64,000 bases of DNA. Origin: an uncultured Alphaproteobacteria bacterium (lineage in GTDB: Bacteria > Pseudomonadota > Alphaproteobacteria > Sphingomonadales > Sphingomonadaceae). Below, piece after piece: positions 35,396 through 48,134 of this stretch; position 1 is the stretch's first letter; each line of letters opens with the position of its first letter. The translations under genes and the position numbers were made by a program. Location: assembly GCA_963768955.1 (NCBI GenBank), contig CAVYJV010000001.1, positions 97,340 through 161,339 on the forward strand, in the 5' to 3' direction. The notes under the pieces were generated by a model. That model made no database searches, was not told the DNA's origin, and saw nothing but the letters and a program-made list of their open reading frames with translations.

Positions 35396-37376
35396 TTACG
35401 CGTCTCCCTCGTCGGGACGGACGGTGACGACACGCATCATCCCGGCGTGCATGTGGTAGAGCATGTGGCAGTGGAACGCCCAGTCGCCCTGCGCATCGGC
35501 GGTGACGTCGAAGGTCGACCGTGCCGCCCGGCTGCGACGTTCACCGTGTGCTTGCGCGGGGCCTGAGCGCCATGCCCCGTCACCAGCTCGAAGAAGTGGC
35601 CGTGCAGGTGGATCGGGTGCGCCATCATCGTGTCGTTGACGAGCGTCACGCGCACCCGCTCGTTCTGGCGGAACGGGATCGGCTCGGCCGGCTCGCTCAT
35701 CTTCACCCCGTCGAACGACCACATGTAGCGTTCCATGTTGCCGGTCAGGTGGATGTCGAGCTGACGCGGCTGGGCGCGCGCACGTCGGGATTGCGCGTCG
35801 AGCGCCACGAGGTCGCGGTAGGTCAGCACGCGGTGGCCGACGTCCTCCAGACCCGCCCCGGCTCGCCCGTGCGGTCGACCGGCATCGGCGAGATCGTCTG
35901 CACGCCCGGGGTTCTTGTCGACCTGCGGCGCGTTGGCGAAGTCGCGCATGCTGTGCCATCGAGCCATGGTCCATCGGCGGCACCGCTGGCCGGCGCCGCG
36001 GCGTGCCGATGACCCATCGCGGCGTGATCCAGGTGCGCCGCGTGATCGCGGCAGCCGAGCCACTGCGCCGTCGGCGCGTGATCCTGCGCCATGGTCGGCC
36101 GCAGCGCCGCCTTCCAGCCGGTCAGCTTCCACAGGTTGCCGCGAGGCATTCTGCTCGGCGGTCGGATCGACGCCGCGGACCTGCGGCGGCATTCGGTGCA
36201 TCGCGGCCCATCCATGCCCTGTCCATGCCGGCATGGTCCATGCCGCCCATGCCTCCCATGTCCTTCATGGTCAGCAGCGGGCGCGGGCGCAGCGGCGGGA
36301 CCGGCGCCGCCATGCCCTCGCGCGGCGCGAGCGTCGCGCGCCCCAGGCCCGAGCGGTCGATCGCCTCGCTGACGAAGCTGTAGGCGCGGTCGCCGCGGCG
36401 TGACGATCGACGTCGTAGGTTTCGGCGACGCCGATCTGGAACTCGTCGACCGTCACCGGGCCGCACGTTCAGGCCGTCGGCCTGGACGACCGTCATCGGC
36501 AGGCCGGGGATGCGGACGTTGAAGGTCGTCTGCGCCGAGGCGTTGATGATGCGCAGCCGCACCCGCTCGCCCGGCGCTGAACAGCCCGGTCCAGTTGTCG
36601 AACGGGCCGAAGCCGTTGACGGTGAAGGTGTAGGTCGATCCGGTGACGTCGGCGATGTCGGCCGGGTCCATCCGCATCTTGCGCCCATTCGCAGCCGCTC
36701 CGTCGCAGTGCAGGTCGCGCCCCGCCAGCAGCCCCGACAGCGTCATGCCGCTGGCAGGTTGAAGTAGGGGCCGCCCATCTGCTTCAGCTTGCGGTAGATG
36801 GTGGCACCTGCGAGCGGGCTGTGGTCCGACAGCACGATCACATGCTCGCGGTCATAGGCGACCGGGTCGGGGCCCGCGGGATCGATCACGATCGGGCCGT
36901 AGACGCCATCTTCTTCCTGATAGGCGCTGTGGCTGTGATACCAGTAGGTGCCCGACTGGATGACATCGAACTCGTAGTCGAAGGTCGAGCGCGGCATGAT
37001 GCCGGGGAAGCTGACGCCGGGCACGCCGTCCATCTCGAACGGCACCAGCAGGCCGTGCCAGTGGATCGAGCTCTCCTCGTCGAGCTTGTTCTGGACGCGG
37101 AGGCGGACGCTTCTGCCCTTCCTTCAGGCGGATCAGCGGGCCCGGCACCGTGCCGTTGATGCCGATCGCGCGGCTGACCTTGCCGTCGACCCGGACGGCG
37201 ACCTTGCCGATGCTAAGCGCGATCTCGGTGCCGCTGACGGTCGGCAGCGGCCGGACCAGGCCAGTGGATGCTGGCTGGGCCCAGGCGGGCATGGCGGCGG
37301 CAAGCCCGGTCCCGGCGCCGCCCAGCGCTGCGGCGCGCAGGAATGCGCGGCGTTCGAGCGCGAGTTGATCGATCAT
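35396..37376 (-). CDS. copA: Periplasmic multicopper oxidase CopA (PcoA type); many frameshifts
   Basis: Tat signal ERRAFL, HWHG, WYHSH, HPIHLHGH, HCHMLYHM and a Met/His-rich insert. Confidence 0.94.
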
Positions 37377-37458
37377 GTTATGTCCTTGCTTGGTCACGGA
37401 CGGATATGCCGGTCCCGACGTCGAGCGTACTCACCCGACGGCGGGAATTCGGCGGCCG

Positions 37459-37722
37459 CTAGTGGTCGTGGCTGTCGTGCGTGTCGGCGCTCGGCGCCGC
37501 GTTCGGCGAAGGCGACTTGGCGTGACCCGAATGGGAATCCGCTCCGGCTTTCTTGCCATGCTGGCTATGGTCCATTCCGGCCATATCCTTGCAGCAGTCG
37601 CACGCCTCTTTCATCTTTTCGCAGCAGGCCATTTTCTTGGGTGCGGGCGCGGGCGCCGTCTGCGCACTTGCAACGGCGGGAAGGGCGATCGACATTGCGA
37701 TCGCAATCATCATCTTGGTCAT
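37459..37722 (-). CDS. Small exported Cys/Met/His-rich protein
   Basis: MTKMMIAIAMSIALPAVASA signal, MACCEKMKEACDCCKDMAGMDHSQH and a His-rich tail. Confidence 0.75.
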   Translation of the reverse strand: MTKMMIAIAMSIALPAVASAQTAPAPAPKKMACCEKMKEACDCCKDMAGMDHSQHGKKAGADSHSGHAKSPSPNAAPSADTHDSHDH

Positions 37723-37757
37723 GTGGTCACTCCGTGAAAATCGGTTGAAATCGATTT

Positions 37758-38099
37758 TCATGCGCTCCGCGGAGGAGGTGTCGGCAGTTCCCCGAAATAG
37801 CCGAACTGGAAGTCCTGCGCCGTCGCCCGTCGCAGGGTCGGTTCGAAGACATGAGGTTCAAGCGACACTGCAGGCGAGAGGGCCGCCGCGGCGCACATCG
37901 CCACACAACAGCTTTTTGTCGCCTCGTCCTTGTCCGCGTCTTGCGTGTCGCTCGAAGTGGTGCCGCAATGCCCAGTTTCCATCATTTGCGACTGATGGTC
38001 GCCCGGCGCCATCGCCATCGCGGCGCCCGACTGCATTGCCAGCGGCGCGAGCAGCATCGCGGCGGCGATAAGGACGGTGAAGATGGCTCGAGGGTTCAC
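37758..38099 (-). CDS. CopL/CutF/DUF2946-like leader protein
   Basis: GTG start, signal-like N-terminus, CCVAMC and C-terminal LPTPPPRSA; first gene of the copA run. Confidence 0.7.
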   Translation of the reverse strand: MNPRAIFTVLIAAAMLLAPLAMQSGAAMAMAPGDHQSQMMETGHCGTTSSDTQDADKDEATKSCCVAMCAAAALSPAVSLEPHVFEPTLRRATAQDFQFGYFGELPTPPPRSA

Positions 38100-38158
38100 G
38101 CGCAGCGATATGGGCGCAAAATGGCTGAGAAACAATGACCTGGACGGCAACGCGGATA

Positions 38159-38550
38159 TCATGATCGCTCCGCATCCAGTTCATCGATAATGGGACAGTC
38201 GGGTCGATCGTCGCCGTGGCAGGTGTCCGCCAACCTTTCCAGGGAGCGCTTCATGCCTTGCAAAACCTTGATCCGCTCGCCCAGTTCCGTGGCTCGCGAC
38301 ATGGCGATCTTTTTAACATCCGCGCTCGATCGGTCGGTATCGCTCCACAGCGTCAGCAACTGCCGAATCTCATCGATCGGAAAACCCAGATCGCGGGCGC
38401 GGCCGATGAACCGCAGCGTGTGGAGATCGCGATCGTCGTAATCCCGATACCCCGAATCCCGCCGTGCAGCCCGTGATATCAGGCCGATCTTCTCATAATG
38501 ACGGATCATCCGCTGGCTAACGCCGGACTTACTCGACGCCTGACCGATTT

Positions 38551-38554
<4 letters not shown>
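38159..38554 (-). CDS. cueR: Cu(I)-responsive MerR-family regulator
   Basis: [22 protein letters not shown] and [12 protein letters not shown]. Confidence 0.95.
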
Positions 38555-40915
<2,361 letters not shown>

Positions 40916-40955
40916 CGCGGATTCCTTTCAATCGGCTGATCTTGCGCCTTGATGG

Positions 40956-40979
40956 ACCTTGACACCATGTCAGGGTCAA
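40956..40979 (-). promoter_or_regulatory. CueR operator overlapping the ATPase promoter
   Basis: -35 TTGACC overlapping the dyad ACCCTGAC-N5-GTCAAGGT (7/8 symmetric). Confidence 0.8.
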
Positions 40980-41061
40980 GCGCCGTCATTGGACCAGCCG
41001 CAACGAGCCTCGGTCGGAACCGGCTATTCGATCGTGAGGCGCGGCCGAGCGCGGGCCGCGC

Positions 41062-42051
41062 TTATTGCTCCGACGCGATCACCGTCGTCTGCACCCCGGT
41101 GGTCTGGGTGTCGACCCTGGCGCTGGTGATCAGCACGGTCGTTCCGGCACCCATCGCCGCCCGCATCCGCTCGACGAAGGGCTGCGGCAATTGCATCCGC
41201 TCGACTCCTTGCGTGCTGACGATCGCGGCATCCTCGGCCTTCAGATTGTTAACCCCGACCTGGATCCACTCGTTCCGGCCGCGCGTGTCCTTGGCCAGGG
41301 TCAGCACCTGCGATTCCGAATCCTGCTCGGCGACGACGGCGCGGGCGCGACCAATCTCGACGCCATTGCGGAGAACCACCACCACTTGGTCGCCGGTCGA
41401 AATGATGATCGATACCGGACCCGTCGGCGCGGCGTCGGGGTTCCAGCGATAGGCTTCGCTGTTGAGCAACGGCCGCCGGGCAATCGACTGGCCGGACGCG
41501 GCATGCGGCGCGAGCACGCCCGCCGGTGGGCGCTTGTAAGGGTCCGCCTTGCTGTTGGCGATCACCACCGTCCCGCCCTTCGATGTCGTGGCGAACAGCA
41601 ATTTGGAAAATTCCATCGGCAGGCGGACGCAGCCGTGGCTCGCGGGATAACCCGGCAGGTTGCCGGCATGCAGCGCCACGCCCTTCCACGTCAGTCGCTG
41701 CATGTTGGGCATCGGAGCATTGTTGTAGGTCGAGGAAAAGTGGGTCTTGTTCTTTTCGAGGATGGTGAACACCCCGCCCGGCGTGTCGTGGCCCTCCTTG
41801 CCGGTCGAGACAGTGCTGACCGCGATGCGCACCCCGTTGCGATAGACGGTGGCAAGCTGCCGGTTGAGTTCGACATAGACCAACACCGGCCCGTGCGGGG
41901 CGATATTGCCGGCCCACACCCAGTCGCCCGGTTTCAATTTCTCGGCCTGCTTGGCGAGCGCGAGGGGGGAGGACACTTTCGAACCACTGGCGAGCACTGG
42001 TGACGCGGCCAGCGTCAAGGCCAGTCCGAAAGCGAAAGCAACACGATTCAT
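41062..42051 (-). CDS. L,D-transpeptidase (YkuD domain)
   Basis: Signal peptide, STGKEGHDTP and LHAG..PGYPASHGCVRL. Confidence 0.92.
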   Translation of the reverse strand: MNRVAFAFGLALTLAASPVLASGSKVSSPLALAKQAEKLKPGDWVWAGNIAPHGPVLVYVELNRQLATVYRNGVRIAVSTVSTGKEGHDTPGGVFTILEKNKTHFSSTYNNAPMPNMQRLTWKGVALHAGNLPGYPASHGCVRLPMEFSKLLFATTSKGGTVVIANSKADPYKRPPAGVLAPHAASGQSIARRPLLNSEAYRWNPDAAPTGPVSIIISTGDQVVVVLRNGVEIGRARAVVAEQDSESQVLTLAKDTRGRNEWIQVGVNNLKAEDAAIVSTQGVERMQLPQPFVERMRAAMGAGTTVLITSARVDTQTTGVQTTVIASEQ

Positions 42052-42117
42052 CGATGATCCCCCATGCCCGAGTTCTCAATGCAAACTTAATCCACATCAA
42101 GGCGCGAGCGCAAAGGG

Positions 42118-42912
42118 TCAGGTTCGGCGGGTGGCGGCCTTCATTCGCTGGCAAAAGGCGCGGACCTGTTCGGGACCGTCGGGCAGCTCGGCGCGCTCCA
42201 CGATCGCGCTGCCGCTGATGACGCCTGCCGCGCCCGCTGCCATGGCGTCGCGGACATGTCCGGGGGTCGAGATGCCGAACCCGAGCACCGGCGGCGGCGC
42301 GCCCAGCCGGGCGAGGTCGGCGAACAGGGGGCGATGGCCCATCGTCGGTGCAGTCCCGCTGCCGGTCACGCCAAGGCGGGCCACGCAATAGGTGTAGCCG
42401 CGGCCGAGCCGGGCGATGGTTTCGAGCGCTGGCGCCGGGGTGGTCGGCGCGGCGATGAGTACCGGGTCGACCCCTGCGTTCATCGCCGCTTCGGCCCACG
42501 GCGCCGCCTCGATCGAGGGGACATCGGCGACCAGCAGGCTGTCGGCACCCGCCTCGGCCAATTCGCTGCAGAATTGCTCCCGCCCGCGCGCGACGACGAT
42601 GTTGGCGTAGGTCAAGATGCCGATCGGCACCTCCGGATGCCGGGCGCGGAAATCGGCGATCATCGTCAGGCAGTCGCCGGTTCTGACCCCGGCCTCGAGC
42701 GCCTGCTTGGCCGCCTTGGCGATGACCGGGCCGTCGGCCACCGGATCGGAAAAAGGGATCCCGACCTCGACCATGTCGCACCCGCCCTCGACCAGCGCAT
42801 CGAGCAGGTCGGCGGTACGATCGGGGGTCGGATGGCCGAGCATCAGGAAACCGCCGAAAGCGATTTCGTCGCGGCTGGCCAGCCGGTCGAACATGGCGGC
42901 ATAGCGGGTCAT
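42118..42912 (-). CDS. trpA: Tryptophan synthase alpha chain
   Basis: [30 protein letters not shown] and ISGSAIV. Confidence 0.97.
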   Translation of the reverse strand: MTRYAAMFDRLASRDEIAFGGFLMLGHPTPDRTADLLDALVEGGCDMVEVGIPFSDPVADGPVIAKAAKQALEAGVRTGDCLTMIADFRARHPEVPIGILTYANIVVARGREQFCSELAEAGADSLLVADVPSIEAAPWAEAAMNAGVDPVLIAAPTTPAPALETIARLGRGYTYCVARLGVTGSGTAPTMGHRPLFADLARLGAPPPVLGFGISTPGHVRDAMAAGAAGVISGSAIVERAELPDGPEQVRAFCQRMKAATRRT

Positions 42913-44072
42913 TCCGCGACCTCGAGCAATTTCTGGACCTGGGACATGTCCTTGTCGCCGCGACCCGACAGGCCGACGACGATCACCGCCTCGGGCCGTT
43001 CCTCGGCGATGCGCAGCGCCTCGGCCATGGCATGAGCGGATTCGAGCGCGGGAATGATTCCTTCGCGCCGCGACAGCGCCTTGAACGCCGCCAGCGCCGC
43101 ATCGTCGGTGCAGCCGACATAGGATGCGCGGCCGATGTCCATCAAATGCGCGTGCTCGGGCCCGACCGCGGGATAATCGAGTCCCGCTGAGACCGACCAG
43201 CTGTCGGACACCTGTCCGTCGGCATCCTGCAGGATCAGCGTCTCCGACCCGTGGAGGATCCCCGGCGTACCGCGTTGCAGCGTTGCGCCATGGTGATCGC
43301 CATCCAGACCCTTGCCCGCGGGTTCAACCCCGATCAGCGCGACACCCTCGTCATCGACGAAATCGGCGAACAGCCCAATCGCGTTCGACCCGCCGCCGAC
43401 GCAGGCGATGACCGCATCGGGAAGGCGCCCGGCGGCGTCGATGACCTGCGCGCGTGCTTCCTTGCCGATGACGCGCTGGAACTGGCGGACCATCGTCGGG
43501 AAGGGGTGGGGGCCCGCGGCCGTGCCAAGCAAGTAATGGGTGGTCTCGAAGCTCGCCGCCCAGTCGCGCAGCGCCTCGTTGACCGCATCCTTCAAGGTGC
43601 GGTCGCCGCTGGTCACCGGGATCACCTCAGCCCCCATCAGTCGCATGCGATAGACGTTGAGCGCTTGCCGCTCGATGTCGTCGATGCCCATGTAGATTTG
43701 CGTCGGAAGGTCAAACAAAGCGCCGACCATCGCGGTGGCGACGCCATGCTGCCCGGCGCCAGTCTCGGCGATCAGTCGGGTCTTGCCCATCCGTTTGGCG
43801 AGCAGCGCCTGCGCCAGCACCTGGTTGGTCTTGTGCGCCCCGCCGTGGAGCAAATCCTCGCGCTTGAGGTAAATGTTTCCGCCTAGGTTGCGGCAGCGGG
43901 TCAGCGGAGTGGGGCGGCCAGCATATTTCGTTAGCAGTTCGTCGAGTTCGACCCGAAAAGCGTCATCCTCCTCGCTGTCGAGGAACGCGGCCTCGAGCTG
44001 CTCGAGTGCGGGGAGCAGGATTTCCGGCACGAAGCAGCCGCCATATTTTCCGAAGCGGCCGTCTAGGCGCAT
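42909..44072 (-). CDS. trpB: Tryptophan synthase beta chain
   Basis: [41 protein letters not shown] and LSGRGDKD. Confidence 0.98.
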   Translation of the reverse strand: MRLDGRFGKYGGCFVPEILLPALEQLEAAFLDSEEDDAFRVELDELLTKYAGRPTPLTRCRNLGGNIYLKREDLLHGGAHKTNQVLAQALLAKRMGKTRLIAETGAGQHGVATAMVGALFDLPTQIYMGIDDIERQALNVYRMRLMGAEVIPVTSGDRTLKDAVNEALRDWAASFETTHYLLGTAAGPHPFPTMVRQFQRVIGKEARAQVIDAAGRLPDAVIACVGGGSNAIGLFADFVDDEGVALIGVEPAGKGLDGDHHGATLQRGTPGILHGSETLILQDADGQVSDSWSVSAGLDYPAVGPEHAHLMDIGRASYVGCTDDAALAAFKALSRREGIIPALESAHAMAEALRIAEERPEAVIVVGLSGRGDKDMSQVQKLLEVAE

Positions 44073-45411
44073 GGCTCAGTCACTTTCTGGCGGGAGGTGG
44101 GGCGGAGGGTGTCGAACAGTGAGGCGATCTTCGCGTGCGATTTCACGCCCGGAGTTTCGTCCATCGCTGAACCCACGTCGATCGCATAAGCTCCGAGGGC
44201 CTGCGCGGCTTTGGCGTTATTAATGCCGATCCCGCCGGCGAGGAGGGCCCGGGGGAGTTCTTCGCGACCCACGATGCGGGACCAGTCGAAGGTCTGGCCG
44301 GTGCCGCCGGGGCCGTTGTCGAAGACGATTCGGTCGGCTTGGCGGACTCGATCGCCCTGGGATTCGGCGAACCAGGTTTCGACTCCGGTCGCACTGCGAG
44401 CATCATATGCGGGGTGGTGGAGCTGGATTGCCTTCAAGCGGTAATTCACTAATGATGTCAGAGACTTGATCGCGGAACACGGCGACGAGGGGAGGGGCGT
44501 TTCTGGCGCCGTCGATCGCATTTAGCGCGGCGTCGAGGGTGAGGTCGCGCGGGGTGCCGGGGACGAACACGAGACCGGCGAAGGCGGCCGGGGCGGCGGC
44601 GTCGAGATCGGCGGCGGTGCGCAGGCCGCACAATTTGACGCGGCCGAAGGCGAGGGCGCGGGCTTCCCCGTGCGGATCGCCGCTGCGCATCGGGGTGGAG
44701 CCGATCAGGAAGCCGTCGACGTGGGGCGCGAGCCGGTCGATGTCGGCGCGGGTGGCGATCCCGGATTCGGAGATGACCAGGGCGTCGCCCGCGAGCCCCG
44801 CGAGGCGCTCGGTAACGGAAAGGTCGGTGCGGAAGGTCTTCAAGTCGCGATTGTTGATGCCGATGAGCGCCGCCCCCAACGCCACGGCGCGGCGCATTTC
44901 GGGCTCGTCATGCACCTCGACCAGCACGTCCATGCCGAGCCGCGCCGCCTCGTCCATCACGGCGCGGGCCTCGGCGTCGCCCAAGACCGACAGGATGACG
45001 AGCACCGCATCGGCCCCCGCGATCCGCGCCTCGGCCACCTGGCGCGGATCGACGATGAAATCCTTGGCGAGGATCGGCCCGTCGAAGGCGGTGCGCGCGG
45101 CGGCGAGATCGGCCAGCGACCCGCCGAAGAAGCGGCTGTCGGTGAGCACGCTCATCCCGTCCGCGACCCCGGTGTAGGCGCGGGCGACGGCGGCGGGCTC
45201 GAGGGCGTCGCTGAGCATCCCCTCGGACGGCGAGCGGCGCTTATATTCGAAGATGAACCGCGCACCCGGCTGGCCCATCGCCGCGACCAGGCTGCGCGTC
45301 GTCGGGCGGGCGGCGGCGAGGTCGACCCCCGCCAGCCGCTCCGCCACCTCGATCGCGCTTGTGGGCGATGATCTCGCCCAGCTTGCCCAGACGATCCAAA
45401 GTTTCAGCCAT
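44063..45411 (-). CDS. trpCF: Fused indole-3-glycerol-phosphate synthase / PRA isomerase; frameshifted
   Basis: [22 protein letters not shown] and SESGI run in one frame into GRVKLCGL. The shifted frame gives GGTGQTFDW and LAGGI. Confidence 0.93.
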
Positions 45412-46489
45412 TGCTCGCCTCGACATAGCGGTCGAGCAATGCCCCCGGCCTTGCCCGACAGCAGCATCTCGCGCGCCTGGCCCGCGCCCTCGGCGAGGTC
45501 GGTCGCGCGTCCCGCGGTCATCAGCAGCGCGGCGGTGTTGAGGATGACGATGTCATTTTCCGCCTGCGTCCCCTGGCCGGCGAGCAGCAGCTTCAGCCGC
45601 GTCGCATTCTCCGACACGTCGCCGCCGGTGACGACCTTCAAGGGCGCGCGCTCGATCCCGGCATCCTCGGGCGATATCTCGATCTCGGTCATCGTGCCGT
45701 TGTCGAGGCGGATCGCGCGGGTCTCGCCGTGAAGCGCGACCTCGTCGAGGCCCGAGCCGTGGACCACCAGCGCCTGCTTGACGCCGACCGCGTCCAGCGT
45801 CTGGGCGATGCGGCGGAGCATGGTCGGATCCGCGACCCCGAGCAGTTGCACCGGGGGCCGCGCCGGGTTGATGCAGGGGCCGAGCAAATTCATCACCGTG
45901 CGCACCGCGAGCTGGCGGCGGACCAGCGCGGCATGCTTCATCCCGGGGTGGTAGGCGGGGGCGAACAGGAAGCAGAAGCCGATCTCGTCGAGCATCTTGC
46001 GCGAGGCCGCGGGCGAGACGTCGATCTTCGCGCCGACCGCTTCGAGCACGTCGGCCGAGCCGCATTTCGAGCTGACCGAGCGATTGCCATGCTTGGCGAT
46101 CGGCAGCCCGGCGGCGGCGGCGACGAAGCCGGTCGCGGTCGAGACGTTGATCAGCCCGGAGCCATCGCCCCCGGTGCCGCAGCAGTCGGCGTAGAGGGTA
46201 GTCGGGGCGGTCGAACGGGGTGGCGGCGGCGCTGAGCGCGTGGGCGGCGCCGATCATCTCCTCGGCGGTCTCGCCCTTCATCCGGAGCGCGATCAGCATC
46301 CCGCCGATCTCGCCGGGCTCGAGCTTGCCGAGCACGAGCCGCTCGAAGAGGTGCTCGCTGTCGTCGATGGTCAGATCCTCGCCCGAGAGCAATTTGGGCA
46401 GGGGGTTGAAGGGGCCGTGGTCCGCCAGGGGGGCGGGGGTGGTGGCGGTGGCGGTCGAGGTCGCGCTCGGCGACGGCGTTGTTCAGCAT
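45404..46489 (-). CDS. trpD: Anthranilate phosphoribosyltransferase; frameshifted
   Basis: ALRMKGET, CGTGGDG, AKHGNRSVSSKCGSAD, FLFAPAYHPGM and VHGSGLDE. Confidence 0.94.
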
Positions 46490-46522
46490 GATTGCAGTTC
46501 CTCTGGTCGGGAGGCGGGCAAC

Positions 46523-46546
46523 AAAAAACCCGCCGGAAGGGCGGGC
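46523..46546 (-). terminator. Attenuator terminator upstream of trpD
   Basis: Minus strand GCCCGCC-CTTCC-GGCGGGT-TTTTT. Confidence 0.85.
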
Positions 46547-46580
46547 TTCGAAGGTCGTTCTGTTTGTCAGTCCTAAGACA

Positions 46581-46665
46581 TCAAACCCCACGCCATCGCG
46601 CCGCCAGAAAAGCGGTCGAGCGCCACCAGGTGGTGGTCGAGGGTCGAGGTGGCGGGCGTGGTCAT
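46581..46665 (-). CDS. trpL: Putative Trp leader peptide; needs removal of one base to be in frame
   Basis: ATG ACC ACG CCC GCC ACC TCG ACC [C] TCG ACC ACC ACC TGG TGG CGC ... TGG CGT GGG GTT TGA gives MTTPATSTSTTTWWRSTAFLAARWRGV. Confidence 0.7.
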
Positions 46666-46673
46666 CGGGGGGG

Positions 46674-46702
46674 TGTGTCGGGGAGAATAACCTCCCCGTC
46701 AA
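46674..46702 (-). promoter_or_regulatory. Candidate sigma70 promoter of the trp leader
   Basis: TTGACG-N17-GACACA, with the -10 ending 8 nt before the leader ATG. The -10 is weak. Confidence 0.4.
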
Positions 46703-46752
46703 GGCTGGTCCTCGCCGGAGAACACTAAAGGATGGCAGATAATTTCCGCCCT

Positions 46753-48101
46753 TCACTCCCGGCTCGCCCATTGCGAGGCGGCTATTCTGGCGTCTCCATA
46801 TTTGGTGAGGCAATGCATGTAGCGCGGGTGAAATTCGATCGGCTTGTCGATTTTCTCGTCCATTTCCTTCCACTTACCGCACGTTCGTTTCTCATTGTCG
46901 GTGGGCGTGTGGCTGATCGAGGCCCGGAAATCGAGCACGTCATTGCCGATTCGAAGCATTTCGACGGTGAAGCCGCCCAATCGCGCTTTCTCCCGAATTC
47001 GCGAATTGGAAAATCGATAAATTTGATCGATCAGGATCGAAACGGACCGCCCGGCTAGCGAAGTGATTTTCCAGTCTTTGTGTCGCCCGACCAATTCATT
47101 CGAATTGCTTTTGCATAGGTCTTCAACGACCTTCCCGCATTCGGCCTCCAAGTCGAGGTCGCCGTTGATGATGACGTACATGTACGGATAGCCGCGTGAC
47201 GCATCCTGTAGCCGGGAATGCGTGGGCGACAGGCCGATGGCTTCCGCGCCGCGTGCGATCTCATTCGCGAGAAGCCCGAAGCGAGCGCCGCCGTCGATAT
47301 ACATGCGATTGTCGATAAAGGTTGGGGGCGCCGCCAAGGGCACCGACGAGGAAGCCACGATCGCATCCAGATAGCAATTGCGAAGCGTTCGCCGGCGATC
47401 CACTTGCTTTTCAAACTCCTCGGCGAGCTTCGTAAGATCGAACACCGTCGCCTTGCCGCTATCGACATCGACCGCACCGATGAACAGCCTGCGTTTGAAC
47501 TCGCGGCTTTCGCGAGCGACATCCAGAATGACCTGATCCGTGATCTCCTTTCCGAGGAATGTCTTCATCGGTTGGAGATTGCCGAACGCTCCCTTTTTGG
47601 CGATTGCGATGCCGTCGGAGAATTTCCGGCTTTTTCGCACTCTTCACATGGGCATCGAGAACGTCGCGCTCGTGGTCGATTTGATAGCTGGCCAATATTC
47701 GGTCCGTGCAATTCAGAAAGGCGTGGGTCGCCATGATCGCGCCCGTGCTGACTTCCCGTCACGACCTGGAACCGGGGGAGGCCGCTAGGTCTTAGCCGCG
47801 CCCATTTTTCTAGTGCGCCGGCACCGAAGGCGCCGTGCTGGCTTCCCCCGGATAGAAATAGCATCAACTCACTGATCGGCACCGTCATATCCAGCCGCAT
47901 CGACCGCGCCTGATAGGCTGAGGCCAGCTCCTGCGAAAAGGAATTGCTGTCCTGAAGCGGTTGGCTGTCACCGGATTCAACCGCGAGAGGAAACTGGGGA
48001 ATTCCGCATAGGTCAGTCGTTAGAACTTCGGGACCGGGGGAGATTGCGCAACTCGTGACGGCCCAGGCCATGAGCGCAACGGCAAAAAGACGGATACGCA
48101 T
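46753..48101 (-). CDS. Patatin-like phospholipase, probable lipoprotein; frameshifted
   Basis: Lipobox VTSC, GGSQHGAFGAG, GVSTG (across a 1-nt shift near 47755), ASSSVP and YIDGG. Confidence 0.87.
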
Positions 48102-48134
48102 TTGCTTGTCCCCCGTTTAGGATTTACTCAGTTT

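Noticed and set aside
46753-48101. Patatin as a CBASS or other anti-phage effector
   Set aside because: It has a lipoprotein signal, and there is no adjacent cyclase or other defence gene.
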